A stretch of 32,000 nucleotides of DNA from Caedibacter taeniospiralis (GTDB lineage: Bacteria; Pseudomonadota; Gammaproteobacteria; Francisellales; Francisellaceae). Within the stretch, counting starts at the first letter, position 1. Every line of letters starts with the position of its first letter. The translations under genes were made by a program, and so were the position numbers. The notes under the pieces were generated by a model. It made no database searches. It was given only the letters and a program-made list of their open reading frames with translations, and had not been told where the DNA came from. The DNA lies in NCBI RefSeq assembly GCF_002803295.2, contig NZ_PGGB02000003.1, positions 60,210 to 92,209 of the forward strand, in the 5' to 3' direction. Of the stretch, positions 11,986-21,985 are shown one piece after another.

Positions 11986-12444
11986 ATGACAGCTGAAACA
12001 AACGCACCTGACATCCAATTTCAAATCCAAAAAATCTACACCAAAGACATCTCTTTTGAGATCCCTAAAGGGGCAGAGGCTTTTAAACAAGAATGGAAAC
12101 CTGAGCTTAACGTTGCCCTAAATACTAAAGTGACTCGTTTACCTGAAGATCATATGTTTGAAGTCGTTCTCACCGTCGAAGCTGACGTAAAAACAGCTAA
12201 AAGCGATGCTTTTAAAGTCGAAGTGCAGCAGGCGGGCATATTTCTTATTTCTAATATGAAGGAAGAACAACTTGATCATGCACAATATGCTTTTTGCCCA
12301 AATATCTTATACCCTTATGCACGCGAAGCTATTTCTGATTTAGTGGCAAGAGGTGGATTCCCACAATTGTGTTTAGCCCCAGTGAACTTTGATATGATCT
12401 ATCAGCAAAAGCAGCAAGAACAACAAAAGCAAAAAACACGCTAA
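11986..12444 (+). CDS. secB: Protein-export chaperone SecB
   Basis: PDIQFQIQKIYTKDISFEIPKGAEAFKQEWKPELNVALNTK...; GIFLISNMKEEQLDHAQYAFCPNILYPYAREAISDLVARGGFPQLCLAPVNFD. Confidence 0.95.
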   Translation: MTAETNAPDIQFQIQKIYTKDISFEIPKGAEAFKQEWKPELNVALNTKVTRLPEDHMFEVVLTVEADVKTAKSDAFKVEVQQAGIFLISNMKEEQLDHAQYAFCPNILYPYAREAISDLVARGGFPQLCLAPVNFDMIYQQKQQEQQKQKTR

Positions 12445-12495
12445 TGAATCCAAAAAGCTGGCATCTTCTTGATTTTCCAAACCTTCTGGCTTGAA

Positions 12496-12669
12496 CTAAA
12501 ACAAAACACTCACATTCAGAAGGGATTTACCAAAACACCGTGGACGCGAGAGAAAGTAATAGTTACCGTTCTCGGTCAAATGGTAGAAATGTTTTGTTTT
12601 ATCGACGTAAAGATAATCGTTAGTGACCATTTCCGCTAAACCCGAAATACCAATCGGAAGTTTTTTCAT
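12496..12669 (-). pseudogene. 57-aa 5' stub of an AAA-ATPase-like (PF09820/DUF1703-type) gene
   Basis: Manual translation of the minus strand: MKKLPIGISGLAEMVTNDYLYVDKTKHFYHLTENGNYYFLSRPRCFGKSLLNVSVLF*. YVDKT...YYFLSRPRxFGKSLL is the diagnostic start of this family, but the remainder is absent. Confidence 0.8.
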
Positions 12670-12670
12670 G

Positions 12671-15600
12671 TTACTGTTCCAAACTCATCAAAAACGCATT
12701 TCCGCCTGAAGCCGTTGTATTAATGCTAATCGTGCGTTCAACTGCCAAGCGATGTAAGTAGAAAGGACCGCCTGCTTTTGGACCTGTTCCTGATAAGCCC
12801 TGTCCTCCAAAGGGTTGCACTCCAACAACCGCTCCAACGATATTACGATTGACATAAATATTACCGACGCGCACATGCGTTTTGAAGAAGTTCACGGTCT
12901 CTTGAATGCGACTGTGAATCCCAAAAGTAAGGCCATATCCTGTCGCATTAATGTCTTTGACCACTTTGTCTAATTCATTCGCCTTAAATCGTACAATATG
13001 TAACACAGGACCAAATACTTCACGTTTTAATACATTAATGCTGTTGATTTCAAACACCGTGGGATAAACATAATTTCCTTTTTCCAAGGCTTTATCTTGT
13101 GGAATTTCATGCACAAGCTTTGCTGATTGACGCATCTCGTTAATGTGTTTGTTCAAATTAGCCTGTGCTTCTTGATCAATCACAGGACCAATATCGGTTT
13201 CAATGAACGCTGGATCGTATACCTTAAGCTCATCCATAGCACCCTTTAGCATATTGATTACCGTATCGGCAATGTCCTCTTGCAAATATAAGACTCTCAA
13301 GGCTGAACATCGTTGCCCAGCACTGTCAAATGCTGAGGAAATAACATCATTAACCACCTGCTCTGGCAATGAAGATGAGTCAACTACCATGACATTTTGT
13401 CCACCTGTTTCGGCAATAAAAGGCACAATCGCCCCCTCTTTTGCTGTCAGCGCTTGTTGGATAATTTTGGCGACTTCAGTGGAGCCCGTGAAAATAACGC
13501 CAGCAACACGAGGATCCTGGGTTAGCGCACGACCCACCTCTTCGCCCGTACCTGGCACAAATTGCAGCACTTCTTTAGGAATCCCCGCCTCGTGCATAAG
13601 CTTCACCGCTTCATACGCAATAATTGGGGTTTGCTCAGCAGGCTTTGCTACTACCGTGTTCCCCGCAGCAAGGGCTGCACTCACCTGCCCCAAAAAAATT
13701 GCCAAGGGGAAATTCCATGGGCTAATGCACACAACAACTCCTCGACCATGCAGGCTTATTTGATTAAGTTCTCCTGTTGGACCTGATAATATCTTAGGTT
13801 CGCTAAATTCCATGCGTGCCTGCGCGGCATAATAACGGCAAAAATCAACCGCTTCACGAATCTCGCCCACCGCATTTGACAAGGTTTTACCTGCTTCGCG
13901 TATAGCAATCGCCATCAATTTTGGCATATTTTCTTCAAGAAGACTTGCACACTTATCTAAAGCACCCGCACGTGTATTAGCATCGACTAAGCTCCAAGTA
14001 TCAAAGGCATTATGCGCCACCGCCATTGCTTTTTCAGCAATTTTCTTATCAGAATTAAAAACCTTAGCAAACACCTGATTATTTGCGGGATTATAAACGT
14101 TCTCACTACTTAAGTTCGATAAATCAGTATCACATACTAAGGGTTTTGCGACGTACTCATCACGGTCAAATTGACTCATTTGTAAAGCAAGCTTTTCAAG
14201 CGTACGCGTATCGTTTAAATTATAACTTTTTGAATTCATTCTCTCTGCTCCAAACATATTTACAGGTAAGACGATTTGCGGGTGAGCCCTAAAGCCTAAG
14301 CGCTCAGCTTTTTGTACGGGATCTCCAACCAGACTTTCAATAGGAGTTTTCTCATCCACTATGCGATGCACAAAAGAAGAGTTTGCACCATTTTCCAATA
14401 ATCTTCTTACCAGGTAAGGCAGCAGATGCTTATAGGTTCCAACGGGGGCATAAATGCGGCATGGTATATTAAAATTATTTTTACCAACCACATGATCGTA
14501 AAGCGCATCTCCCATGCCGTGCAAACACTGAAATTCGTAGTCTTTATAGCCTCCTGAAAGCTGCATAACCAGTGCCGTTGTATAGGCATTGTGTGTCGCA
14601 AATTGCGGATAAATATGCTTTGTATTGGCAAAGAGTTTTTTGATACATGCCTGATACGACACATCGGTATAGCATTTTTGTGTGAATATGGGATAGCCTT
14701 CTAAACCCTCCACTTGCGCGTGTTTAATCTCAGAATCCCAATAAGCGCCTTTTACAAGTCTCACCATAAACCTGTGTCCCGTACGCTCCGCAAGATCAAT
14801 CAAATAATCAAGTACAGGGATTGCACGCTTTTGATAAGCTTGAACCACGATACCAATTCCTTCGAAACCCTGCAAAGATGGCTCATGCGCTAAACGATTG
14901 ACAAGCTCAAGTGACAATTCCAGACGCTCAGTTTCCTCGGCATCAATGTTCAAACCAATGTTGTAGCTTTGCGCAAGCTCAACAAGCTTTAATAATTTAG
15001 GATACATCTCTGCATGTATGCGATCGGCTTGAGCAACCTCATAGCGTGGGTGAAGTGCTGAAAGTTTTACCGAAATACCAGGGTTGGTACGAACACTATT
15101 TTTTGTTGCCCCATAACCAATCGCGTCAATCGCTTGGCGATATTCGTTGTAATAAAACTCGGCATCTGCCTTGGTCGTTGCTGCTTCTCCCAACATATCA
15201 TATGAGTAAGTAAAACCAATTGCTTCTTTATCTTTAGCGCGCTTAAGCGCTTTTTCAATTGTCTCACCCATAACATATTGCTGTCCTAGGACTTTCATCG
15301 CGTGCATAACAGCACGACGCACAACAGGGCGCGAGCGTTTGTCTAAAAAGTTTTTTAACACGTGTTTGAATTTATTCTGGTATTGCCCGGGTTTTAGAAT
15401 TTTCCCCGTCAACATCAAGCACCAGGTTGCGGCATTAACAAATAAATACTCACTATCACCAACATACTCGTGCCAATTGGCACTGGTTAGCTTATCTTTG
15501 ATAAGTTTATCTGCCGTAAGCTTATCTGGGATTCTAAGTAGCGCCTCTGCCAGGCACATCAATACAATGCCTTCATCACTCGATAAATCATACTTGGTCA

Positions 15601-16144
15601 TAAAAGCATCCAGACCGCTTTTACTTAAGCGTGTTTCACGAACATTTGCCACCAATTCACTGGCAATATCCTGTACTGCCAAACGCTCCTTGTCCGTTAA
15701 TGCTGCATCTTTTGCAAGCTCGGCGATAATCATTTCCTCATCACACAGCCAATGCCTGGATATTTCCTGCATCAGTAGCGATTGATCAAACCGATTCATT
15801 TTGTTTAGAATCATTGATAACTCCCCACAAGAGCTATTCACCGCTTTGGCTTGTCGCTGTGCATGTTGCTGCTTTACCATTAAAATTTTTCTCACCATTG
15901 CCTCATGCTTAGGATCAACCTCGGTTGACTTAATAAACCAATTAAATAAATCCTGATCTTCGCACTCCAATAAGGCATGAAAAGCCCCTCTTTCATCTTC
16001 TTGGGCAGTTAAATAAGCTTCCTCTACATAAGGCGATAAAATAAGATCTAACTCCAGCATGCCTCTTCTGGTTGCCCAGCGCAAGCGCGACAGCGCTTCG
16101 CAATCTAAGGTTTTTTGATTATCGACTATTATTTCGTTTTCCAT
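12671..16144 (-). CDS. putA: SdhE-like domain fused to bifunctional proline dehydrogenase / L-glutamate gamma-semialdehyde dehydrogenase (PutA)
   Basis: From Met at 16144 (1157 aa). Residues ~18-92 match SdhE: LSRLRWATRRGMLELDLILSPYVEEAYL..ERGAFHALLECEDQDLFNWF. PutA follows: DLSSDEGIVLMCLAEALLRIPD, PGISVKLSALHPRYE, RLVKGAYWDSEIKHAQ, then ALDH motifs ISPWNFPLAIFLGQ, FIAETGGQN and SAFDSAGQRCSALR. No N-terminal RHH domain. Confidence 0.94.
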   Translation of the reverse strand: MENEIIVDNQKTLDCEALSRLRWATRRGMLELDLILSPYVEEAYLTAQEDERGAFHALLECEDQDLFNWFIKSTEVDPKHEAMVRKILMVKQQHAQRQAKAVNSSCGELSMILNKMNRFDQSLLMQEISRHWLCDEEMIIAELAKDAALTDKERLAVQDIASELVANVRETRLSKSGLDAFMTKYDLSSDEGIVLMCLAEALLRIPDKLTADKLIKDKLTSANWHEYVGDSEYLFVNAATWCLMLTGKILKPGQYQNKFKHVLKNFLDKRSRPVVRRAVMHAMKVLGQQYVMGETIEKALKRAKDKEAIGFTYSYDMLGEAATTKADAEFYYNEYRQAIDAIGYGATKNSVRTNPGISVKLSALHPRYEVAQADRIHAEMYPKLLKLVELAQSYNIGLNIDAEETERLELSLELVNRLAHEPSLQGFEGIGIVVQAYQKRAIPVLDYLIDLAERTGHRFMVRLVKGAYWDSEIKHAQVEGLEGYPIFTQKCYTDVSYQACIKKLFANTKHIYPQFATHNAYTTALVMQLSGGYKDYEFQCLHGMGDALYDHVVGKNNFNIPCRIYAPVGTYKHLLPYLVRRLLENGANSSFVHRIVDEKTPIESLVGDPVQKAERLGFRAHPQIVLPVNMFGAERMNSKSYNLNDTRTLEKLALQMSQFDRDEYVAKPLVCDTDLSNLSSENVYNPANNQVFAKVFNSDKKIAEKAMAVAHNAFDTWSLVDANTRAGALDKCASLLEENMPKLMAIAIREAGKTLSNAVGEIREAVDFCRYYAAQARMEFSEPKILSGPTGELNQISLHGRGVVVCISPWNFPLAIFLGQVSAALAAGNTVVAKPAEQTPIIAYEAVKLMHEAGIPKEVLQFVPGTGEEVGRALTQDPRVAGVIFTGSTEVAKIIQQALTAKEGAIVPFIAETGGQNVMVVDSSSLPEQVVNDVISSAFDSAGQRCSALRVLYLQEDIADTVINMLKGAMDELKVYDPAFIETDIGPVIDQEAQANLNKHINEMRQSAKLVHEIPQDKALEKGNYVYPTVFEINSINVLKREVFGPVLHIVRFKANELDKVVKDINATGYGLTFGIHSRIQETVNFFKTHVRVGNIYVNRNIVGAVVGVQPFGGQGLSGTGPKAGGPFYLHRLAVERTISINTTASGGNAFLMSLEQ

Positions 16145-16316
16145 CACAACAAAGCTGACCCACATGCTACCATTAAAATCACTTGTGAGTCGTATGCTAA
16201 CATAAAAGCTAAAAAAGCGTAAAAGAAACTGGCGAGCGCTTTGATTGACGCTTCTCATTTGGTAAAGCCATGCTATGATTCTGACATGTCCTGATTTTCT
16301 ATGCTCAAAGGTAAAA

Positions 16317-17708
16317 ATGAATATTTTTAATCTAATTGAACTGCACACGTTTTTAATCGTCTGTGAAATACTTATTTTGATCGTCGTTGTGCGGATGGTT
16401 GCTGAAAAACAAAAACCAACAAGCATGATGGCATGGCTTTTAGCCATCATTCTTATTCCCTATGTCGCGGTCCCCTTTTACTTTATCTTTGGTATTCGTA
16501 AACGTAAGCGCAAGCGCCATAAGAGCGCATCTAATTTGCGCAAGATTAATCATGTTGATAGCTTTGATCCTTACACCATTCGTACGGTTTTGGTTAATCA
16601 GGAAATCCCCACGCCGACAAGCAACAATCATTTTGAGCTCTATCTTAATGGAATGGACGCTTATGATTCGTTGATAAACCACATTCATCAAACCAAAAAA
16701 AGCATCTATATCAGCACCTATGTTTTCCAAAAAGATCATGTGACTTTGCGTCTTTTAGCCGCACTGACTGAAAAAGCTCAAAAAGGTGTCACGGTCAAGT
16801 TACTTATTGACTCCTTAGGCTCTTATCGCGTGTATTTCAATCAGCGCATCTTTAAGCGCTTACGCAAGGCAGGTGGTAAGGTCTGCTTTTTTATGCCCAT
16901 CATTCAGATGCCATTTCGTAACTACATCAACTTTAGAAATCATCGCAAAATATACCTGTTTGACAAACACAGCGTTTTAACGGGAGGAATGAATCTTGGA
17001 GATGAGTATATGGGACCCACGCCTTGCCATAAACGCTGGGATGATATTCTGTTTAAAATAGAAGGTCACGCGGTTTGTCATTTTCATAACCTTTTTGCCT
17101 CAGACTGGGAGTATGCCGCCAAAGAGCATATTCCTGACATGACAGAAGTTTTCAGAAAAAAAACCTATGGCAAGAATTTAATTCAGGTGGTTCCATCTGG
17201 ACCTGACATTCCCAATGATGCACTCTATGAATCACTCATCGCGGGCATTTATGCTGCGCAAACACGTATCTGGATTGTTACTCCTTATTTTGTTCCCTCT
17301 GATTCGCTCTTGGAGGCGTTACAGATCGCCTACTATCGTGGTGTTGATGTTAAACTCATCACACCCAAAGTTTCTAATCACTTGATTGCTGATCTCGCGC
17401 GCAGCAATTTTATGCGTCAACTGGTAAAAACAGGTATTGAAATTGCACTCTTTAATAAAAAAATGATTCATGCCAAGGCTGTTTTGTTTGATGATAAAGC
17501 AGTGATGCTCGGCTCGGTGAACCTTGATAATCGCAGTTTATTTCTAAACTATGAAGTGGTGACTTATGCCTATGAGCCAAGTATTATCGAGCAAGTCGAC
17601 AGGTGGATGAGTGAATTTCTTAAGGATGCTGACAACAAGCTGCCAATCCCAACCCGAACGCGTAAACTGGGGGAAAACATGGTCAAACTACTCGCGCCCT
17701 TACTGTAA
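16317..17708 (+). CDS. cls: Cardiolipin synthase (two PLD/HKD domains, two N-terminal TM helices)
   Basis: HKD motifs NHRKIYLFDKHSVLTGGMNLGDEY and IHAKAVLFDDKAVMLGSVNLDNRS; N-terminal membrane region. Confidence 0.93.
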   Translation: MNIFNLIELHTFLIVCEILILIVVVRMVAEKQKPTSMMAWLLAIILIPYVAVPFYFIFGIRKRKRKRHKSASNLRKINHVDSFDPYTIRTVLVNQEIPTPTSNNHFELYLNGMDAYDSLINHIHQTKKSIYISTYVFQKDHVTLRLLAALTEKAQKGVTVKLLIDSLGSYRVYFNQRIFKRLRKAGGKVCFFMPIIQMPFRNYINFRNHRKIYLFDKHSVLTGGMNLGDEYMGPTPCHKRWDDILFKIEGHAVCHFHNLFASDWEYAAKEHIPDMTEVFRKKTYGKNLIQVVPSGPDIPNDALYESLIAGIYAAQTRIWIVTPYFVPSDSLLEALQIAYYRGVDVKLITPKVSNHLIADLARSNFMRQLVKTGIEIALFNKKMIHAKAVLFDDKAVMLGSVNLDNRSLFLNYEVVTYAYEPSIIEQVDRWMSEFLKDADNKLPIPTRTRKLGENMVKLLAPLL

Positions 17709-17709
17709 C

Positions 17710-18459
17710 ATGTTTAAGCCGCCGCAAATTACCTTAAGCTGCAAAAGCCGAGTTAAATTATCTTTTGTGCCTGATTCTGTTACGCTCATCAGCTGGAATA
17801 TCTATAAGATAAATCATAAAAATCCCATCGACTTCCAGCGCTTTATCAAGAGCCTTCAGCAAGCGTACAACGCCGGGTTTTATTGCTTACAAGAAGCTAA
17901 ACACACAGATAGTTCAAGCTTCCCCCTAGATGATTTTTGCTTGCACTTTGCTCCTAATTTACAGCTTAAAACCCATGCTTATGGCGTCATGAGTGCAAGC
18001 GGTGTTGTTTGTCATAAAGCACAACAAATTCTCTCCAAGAAAACTGAATTTCTTTTTAAAACTCACAAATCAAGCCTCGCTAATCATTATTTTTTCGGGG
18101 ATCACACCCCCTTAATCATCATTAATGTTCACGCAATTAATTTTAATAATTCTCGCGCCTATGCTGAAGAAATTAATCAGCTGCATGATTATCTAAGCAT
18201 TCACAAAAATGCTGCCGTGATCATTGCGGGAGATTTCAATAGCTGGAATAAAAAGCGTAATCTCCTCATCCATGAGTTTTGTCAGGCACTTGATTTAACC
18301 CAAACCGTATTTGAAGAGGATCAACACATTAAACGCTTTGCCAAGCATCCACTTGATCTGGTGATGTATCGCAACCTAACGTGTGAATACGCCATCGCCA
18401 TCGATAGCCAGAAAATTTCCGATCATAATCCCTTGCTTGTAAAATTTCGCAAAACGTGA
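17710..18459 (+). CDS. Endonuclease/exonuclease/phosphatase (EEP) family protein
   Basis: EEP motifs LISWNIYKIN, YCLQEAKH, VIIAGDFNSWNKKRN, ISDHNPLLVKF. Starts 2 nt after the cls stop. Confidence 0.85.
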   Translation: MFKPPQITLSCKSRVKLSFVPDSVTLISWNIYKINHKNPIDFQRFIKSLQQAYNAGFYCLQEAKHTDSSSFPLDDFCLHFAPNLQLKTHAYGVMSASGVVCHKAQQILSKKTEFLFKTHKSSLANHYFFGDHTPLIIINVHAINFNNSRAYAEEINQLHDYLSIHKNAAVIIAGDFNSWNKKRNLLIHEFCQALDLTQTVFEEDQHIKRFAKHPLDLVMYRNLTCEYAIAIDSQKISDHNPLLVKFRKT

Positions 18460-18625
18460 CTTCGTATTATGTTGACCTGGCTTAATACTAACATACAATC
18501 ACTGCGGTTTTCTTTTGAACATCCTAAAGCCCCTAACTCATTATCCAAAGATTGACCCTCAAAATAGGTATTGGTCAAATCATAAAGGGTAACGATTTCT
18601 TCAAACTGAACTTTCCCAATTTTTG

Positions 18626-19440
18626 TCAGGCGACAAGATCAATGATCATCTGAAGCCATGAATTTTTGTAATTTTGTAGTTTCCCTTTGTCATTTTTGTA
18701 AACCCTGTGTTTATTAAAGTTCGCAACCAGGAGTTTTCTTGCTTGGGAGAAGGTAAATTGCGTCTTTATCCTATTATGCGTAAGCTCGCTTACTGACTGA
18801 GCGGGAAGCGCCATTACTGCGATCCAGGTAATCGTAATGGCAAGCATGCACATATTCAAGTGATTTATCACCGAATGCTCTAATCTTACCTGCGCTTTTT
18901 GCCTTCAGCTGGTTCTGAGAAGTTATACAAAGCACTATTTTTTCGTAACATCGTAAGCACATGAACCCTGCCGCCAAGCTCTGTTTTCAAAGGAAGATAG
19001 AGCTGACCATTGCCAAACTAGGAATCTGTCACCATAAGAATGGGTGACTTTGTCCAGGTACTGAGTTTAAGTATCATTTGGCAAGCCAAACTGATTTTAC
19101 TATTAAAGCAATCACCAGTAACCTTGACAACAGAGTGATAAACGCGTGTTAAAAGAGGTAAGAATGCCCAGCGAGTATGAATGAATTTCAACAGCCCAAG
19201 TTGGACAAAACACTGTGACCAAGGGTATTTGCTTTGATTATGTTTTGCTGCATGGTCAAAGAAGTGTTCACAACCGAAGATTTGCTTGCCACTTTTAGGT
19301 GTTGTTGAATCGTCTAAAGCCGTGATAAGACGCCCATCGGTCAGCGGCAATGGAATGAGTTTGAATACGGCTTGCCAAACGATCTAGTAAACCTGACCAC
19401 TAAGAATAGTGGTTACAGGTAAAGGTTGTAAGGTATCCAT
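18626..19440 (-). pseudogene. Degenerate DDE-type transposase (IS701/IS4-superfamily-like)
   Basis: Fragments in one or nearby frames broken by stops: MDTLQPLPVTTILSGQVY*IVWQAVFKLIPLPLTDGRLITALDDSTTPKSGKQIFG..., PILMVTDS*FGNGQLYLPLKTELGGRVHVLTMLRKNSALYNFSEPAEGKKRR*, and MINHLNMCMLAITITWIAVMALPAQSVSELTHNR... Confidence 0.75.
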
Positions 19441-19574
19441 TAATGGGCTGCTCCTGTTTTTTTGCAGTCCCTAAGATAACAGGGATAAATGCTGGTTGAC
19501 AGCCCATCAGTAGCAAATTCTTACAAAATTTGGGAAAGTTCAGATAAGGGTTTTGTGGTACAATCAGTCGTCTT

Positions 19575-20160
19575 TTGGAAGTCATGGAAAACGTGAGATT
19601 GAACACTGAAGTCATTGCATTAAAACAGCAAACTACACAGCTGAATTTACTGCTTCTTTCAATGCAAAAATCCTATGATCAAGTCACCCTGGCTTACCTT
19701 AAAACGCAGGCAGAATCAAAACAGGCAAATGCGATCGCTTATAGTTTAAATAACTGGCAGGAACTCACGCGCTATGTTGAGCACGGACGTGCCCATCGAT
19801 AACAACGATACTGAGCGCAATGTAAAGCCCTTTGTCATTGGCAGGAAAAACTGGCTGTTTGCAGGCAACACCCGAGGTGCTAAGGCAAGTGCGAATCTCT
19901 ATAGCTTGATTGAGAGCGCCAAAGTTCATGACTTAAAGGTGTTTGAGTATTTGAAATATGTTTATGATCTGGGTAGTGCTGAGTCTGATAAAGATTATGA
20001 AGCATTGACACCTCAATTTGTTAGGGAGAAATGCCCAGATATGGTTCTTGGGAGCCGCAGTAGCAAGCCAAAAAAATCTGAAGTCTCAGGCACCCCTGAA
20101 AAAAATGAGGCAACCATGCCTACGGATGGATGTGTCCTTTATGGAGCGCTTACGTTATAA
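19575..20160 (+). pseudogene. IS66-family transposase remnant, frameshifted and internally truncated
   Basis: AIAYSLNNWQELTRYVEHG (first ORF) continues after a frameshift near 19795 as VPIDNNDTERNVKPFVIGRKNWLFAGNTRGAKASANLYSLIESAKVHDLKVFEYLKYV, the IS66 TnpC C-terminal signature. Confidence 0.88.
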
Positions 20161-20255
20161 CTCTCCCTTGGAGTTTGAACATGTCATTAAAAAGGCAGCT
20201 TGATGACTATAAAAAATTTTTGTAAATCAATTAAAAAAACAGAGGTATTCGTGCT

Positions 20256-21884
20256 ATGAATAAAATGCTATTAACTTTATTGATAATGTTGATTTTTCCA
20301 TTACAGTCTTTCGCAGATATAGCATCAAATGTTATTACAAATTCAAGCGATAGATTGCAATCAGCCGCCGCTCAATTGATCAAAAAACATCAAAATATTA
20401 CTGATAATAAGCCTAAACCAATTGATAGTACCCCAAAAAATAATCATAGAGCTAACATAGGTAAAGATACTGAATCTGAAGACACCTGTAAACTTGTATA
20501 TCAAACCAAGTACATCAACTTGTCAAAGAAAATTATACAATTGACTCATCTTTCTAATGAAGACTCTAAACTATATTTTGAAAAAATATCCATAGTCCCC
20601 GAAAGCATTGGTGATCAAGGTGTTTTTAGTGTAATTGATTATAGTAATGCTAAAAATGATTATGATTATTATGGCTTAAAACAATGTTCTACAGAGACAC
20701 CTATGATGCCAAATAGCACGTGTGGTATTATAGTTCAGGCGAAAAAACCAGGTGCTAAAAACGCTAGTTCAGCAGGTTATGCTCAGGGTGGAGGAAAAGA
20801 TAAAGGAAATGCTGCAAATCTGAAAATTTCCTATCGCAATAAACCGATAAAAAAAGGAAAAAAAGACGGCGATAATAAGGTTAAAACAAAAAAACGCACC
20901 TTGATAGTTCATAATCAATATAACAGAAAGCTGTATATTGCAGGACAGTTTCCAGAAAAAGTGGCAAGAGATAATAGTGACATGATTGAATTCAATGCTG
21001 TTGGCAATATTGGTATTGCAAATAATGATAAAGTATATACTTTGACTAGGCACAATGATGCTCTATATGCAGGTGGTAATTTTACTGGTTGTGTTAAGTA
21101 CTACTTAAACGGTCAATGGCGTGATCAAAATGTTAATAATTGTCGCAAAACAAGATCTTTGTTATCAACAGGTGATACTTTATATGCTTCTGGCGAAACG
21201 ATTAATAATGCTGGATTTGTGATGCATTACAACGCAAATAACAATTGGCAAAATCTAGGTAATCAGCATGGTTTCCAACATACTGTCAAGAAAATTATAG
21301 AAAACCAAAATACGTTATATGCGCTCCATGATAATAATGTTAAAAGATATGATGCAAATAACTGGGTAAATCTTTTTGGAGACAATACATTTGACTCAAT
21401 ATTGCAAATGTATGATTATAATGATAGTTTGTATCTTCCTGGTGAAAGAGTCTTAGATGTAAATGGTAATAATATTGGAAATCAAAATGTCAATTTTTCA
21501 ACATATAATTTAGTTCAAAATAATTTTACACCTGTCTTAAATCATATATTTGCGGATGTTGATCTTGTGATGACTGACCATAATGATACTCTATATGGGG
21601 TGAGCAATGTAAGTGTTTTTAGAAAAAGACCTGCCGGTCATTGGCAGATAATAAATAATAACCCAGCCCATGGTGACTTGTTTCCAGATAATACTAGAAT
21701 TAGAGCAGCTGAGTATTATCAAGGAGCTATTTTCATAGGTCTCTCTTCTTATGGTGGAAATGACAACCTAAATAATAACTATAATCTTTCCAGATATGCT
21801 TTGACAGATAATACAAATCTTGGATTTAATGGCGTGGTTAATGGTAATGTTTATAGTATATTAGTGACTGAAGAAATTAATTAA
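20256..21884 (+). CDS. Secreted hypothetical protein with imperfect beta-propeller-like repeats
   Basis: Signal peptide-like MNKMLLTLLIMLIFPLQSFA; recurring units NDALYAGGNFTGCVKYYLNGQW, GDTLYASGETINNAGFVMHYNANNNWQNLG, QNTLYALHDNNVKRYDANNWVNLFG, NDSLYLPGERVLDVNGNNIG, NDTLYGVSNVSVFRKRPAGHW. Confidence 0.75.
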   Translation: MNKMLLTLLIMLIFPLQSFADIASNVITNSSDRLQSAAAQLIKKHQNITDNKPKPIDSTPKNNHRANIGKDTESEDTCKLVYQTKYINLSKKIIQLTHLSNEDSKLYFEKISIVPESIGDQGVFSVIDYSNAKNDYDYYGLKQCSTETPMMPNSTCGIIVQAKKPGAKNASSAGYAQGGGKDKGNAANLKISYRNKPIKKGKKDGDNKVKTKKRTLIVHNQYNRKLYIAGQFPEKVARDNSDMIEFNAVGNIGIANNDKVYTLTRHNDALYAGGNFTGCVKYYLNGQWRDQNVNNCRKTRSLLSTGDTLYASGETINNAGFVMHYNANNNWQNLGNQHGFQHTVKKIIENQNTLYALHDNNVKRYDANNWVNLFGDNTFDSILQMYDYNDSLYLPGERVLDVNGNNIGNQNVNFSTYNLVQNNFTPVLNHIFADVDLVMTDHNDTLYGVSNVSVFRKRPAGHWQIINNNPAHGDLFPDNTRIRAAEYYQGAIFIGLSSYGGNDNLNNNYNLSRYALTDNTNLGFNGVVNGNVYSILVTEEIN

Positions 21885-21985
21885 ACATTTCGGTTCTGTC
21901 GCAGAGTAGTGTTCCTGCTTGATTATGGCGAAATTTTTCGGCACTCTTAGCAGATAAGAAAACACGTCAAGAACATGGAGTTTTT

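Noticed and set aside
13203-13763. 186-aa plus-strand ORF inside putA (and similar antisense ORFs at 14083, 15339)
   Set aside because: Antisense to strongly conserved PutA coding sequence, with no recognisable domain; shadow ORFs.
16145-16450. 102-aa upstream extension of the PutA ORF
   Set aside because: Low-complexity, Cys/Phe-rich translation overlapping the divergent cls start; the SdhE-like domain begins properly after the Met at 16144.
21885-21985. CGGTTCTGTCGCAGAGTAGTG... as an IS6-like terminal inverted repeat
   Set aside because: Only weak resemblance to IS terminal sequences and no matching inverted partner found in the window; not reported as a feature.
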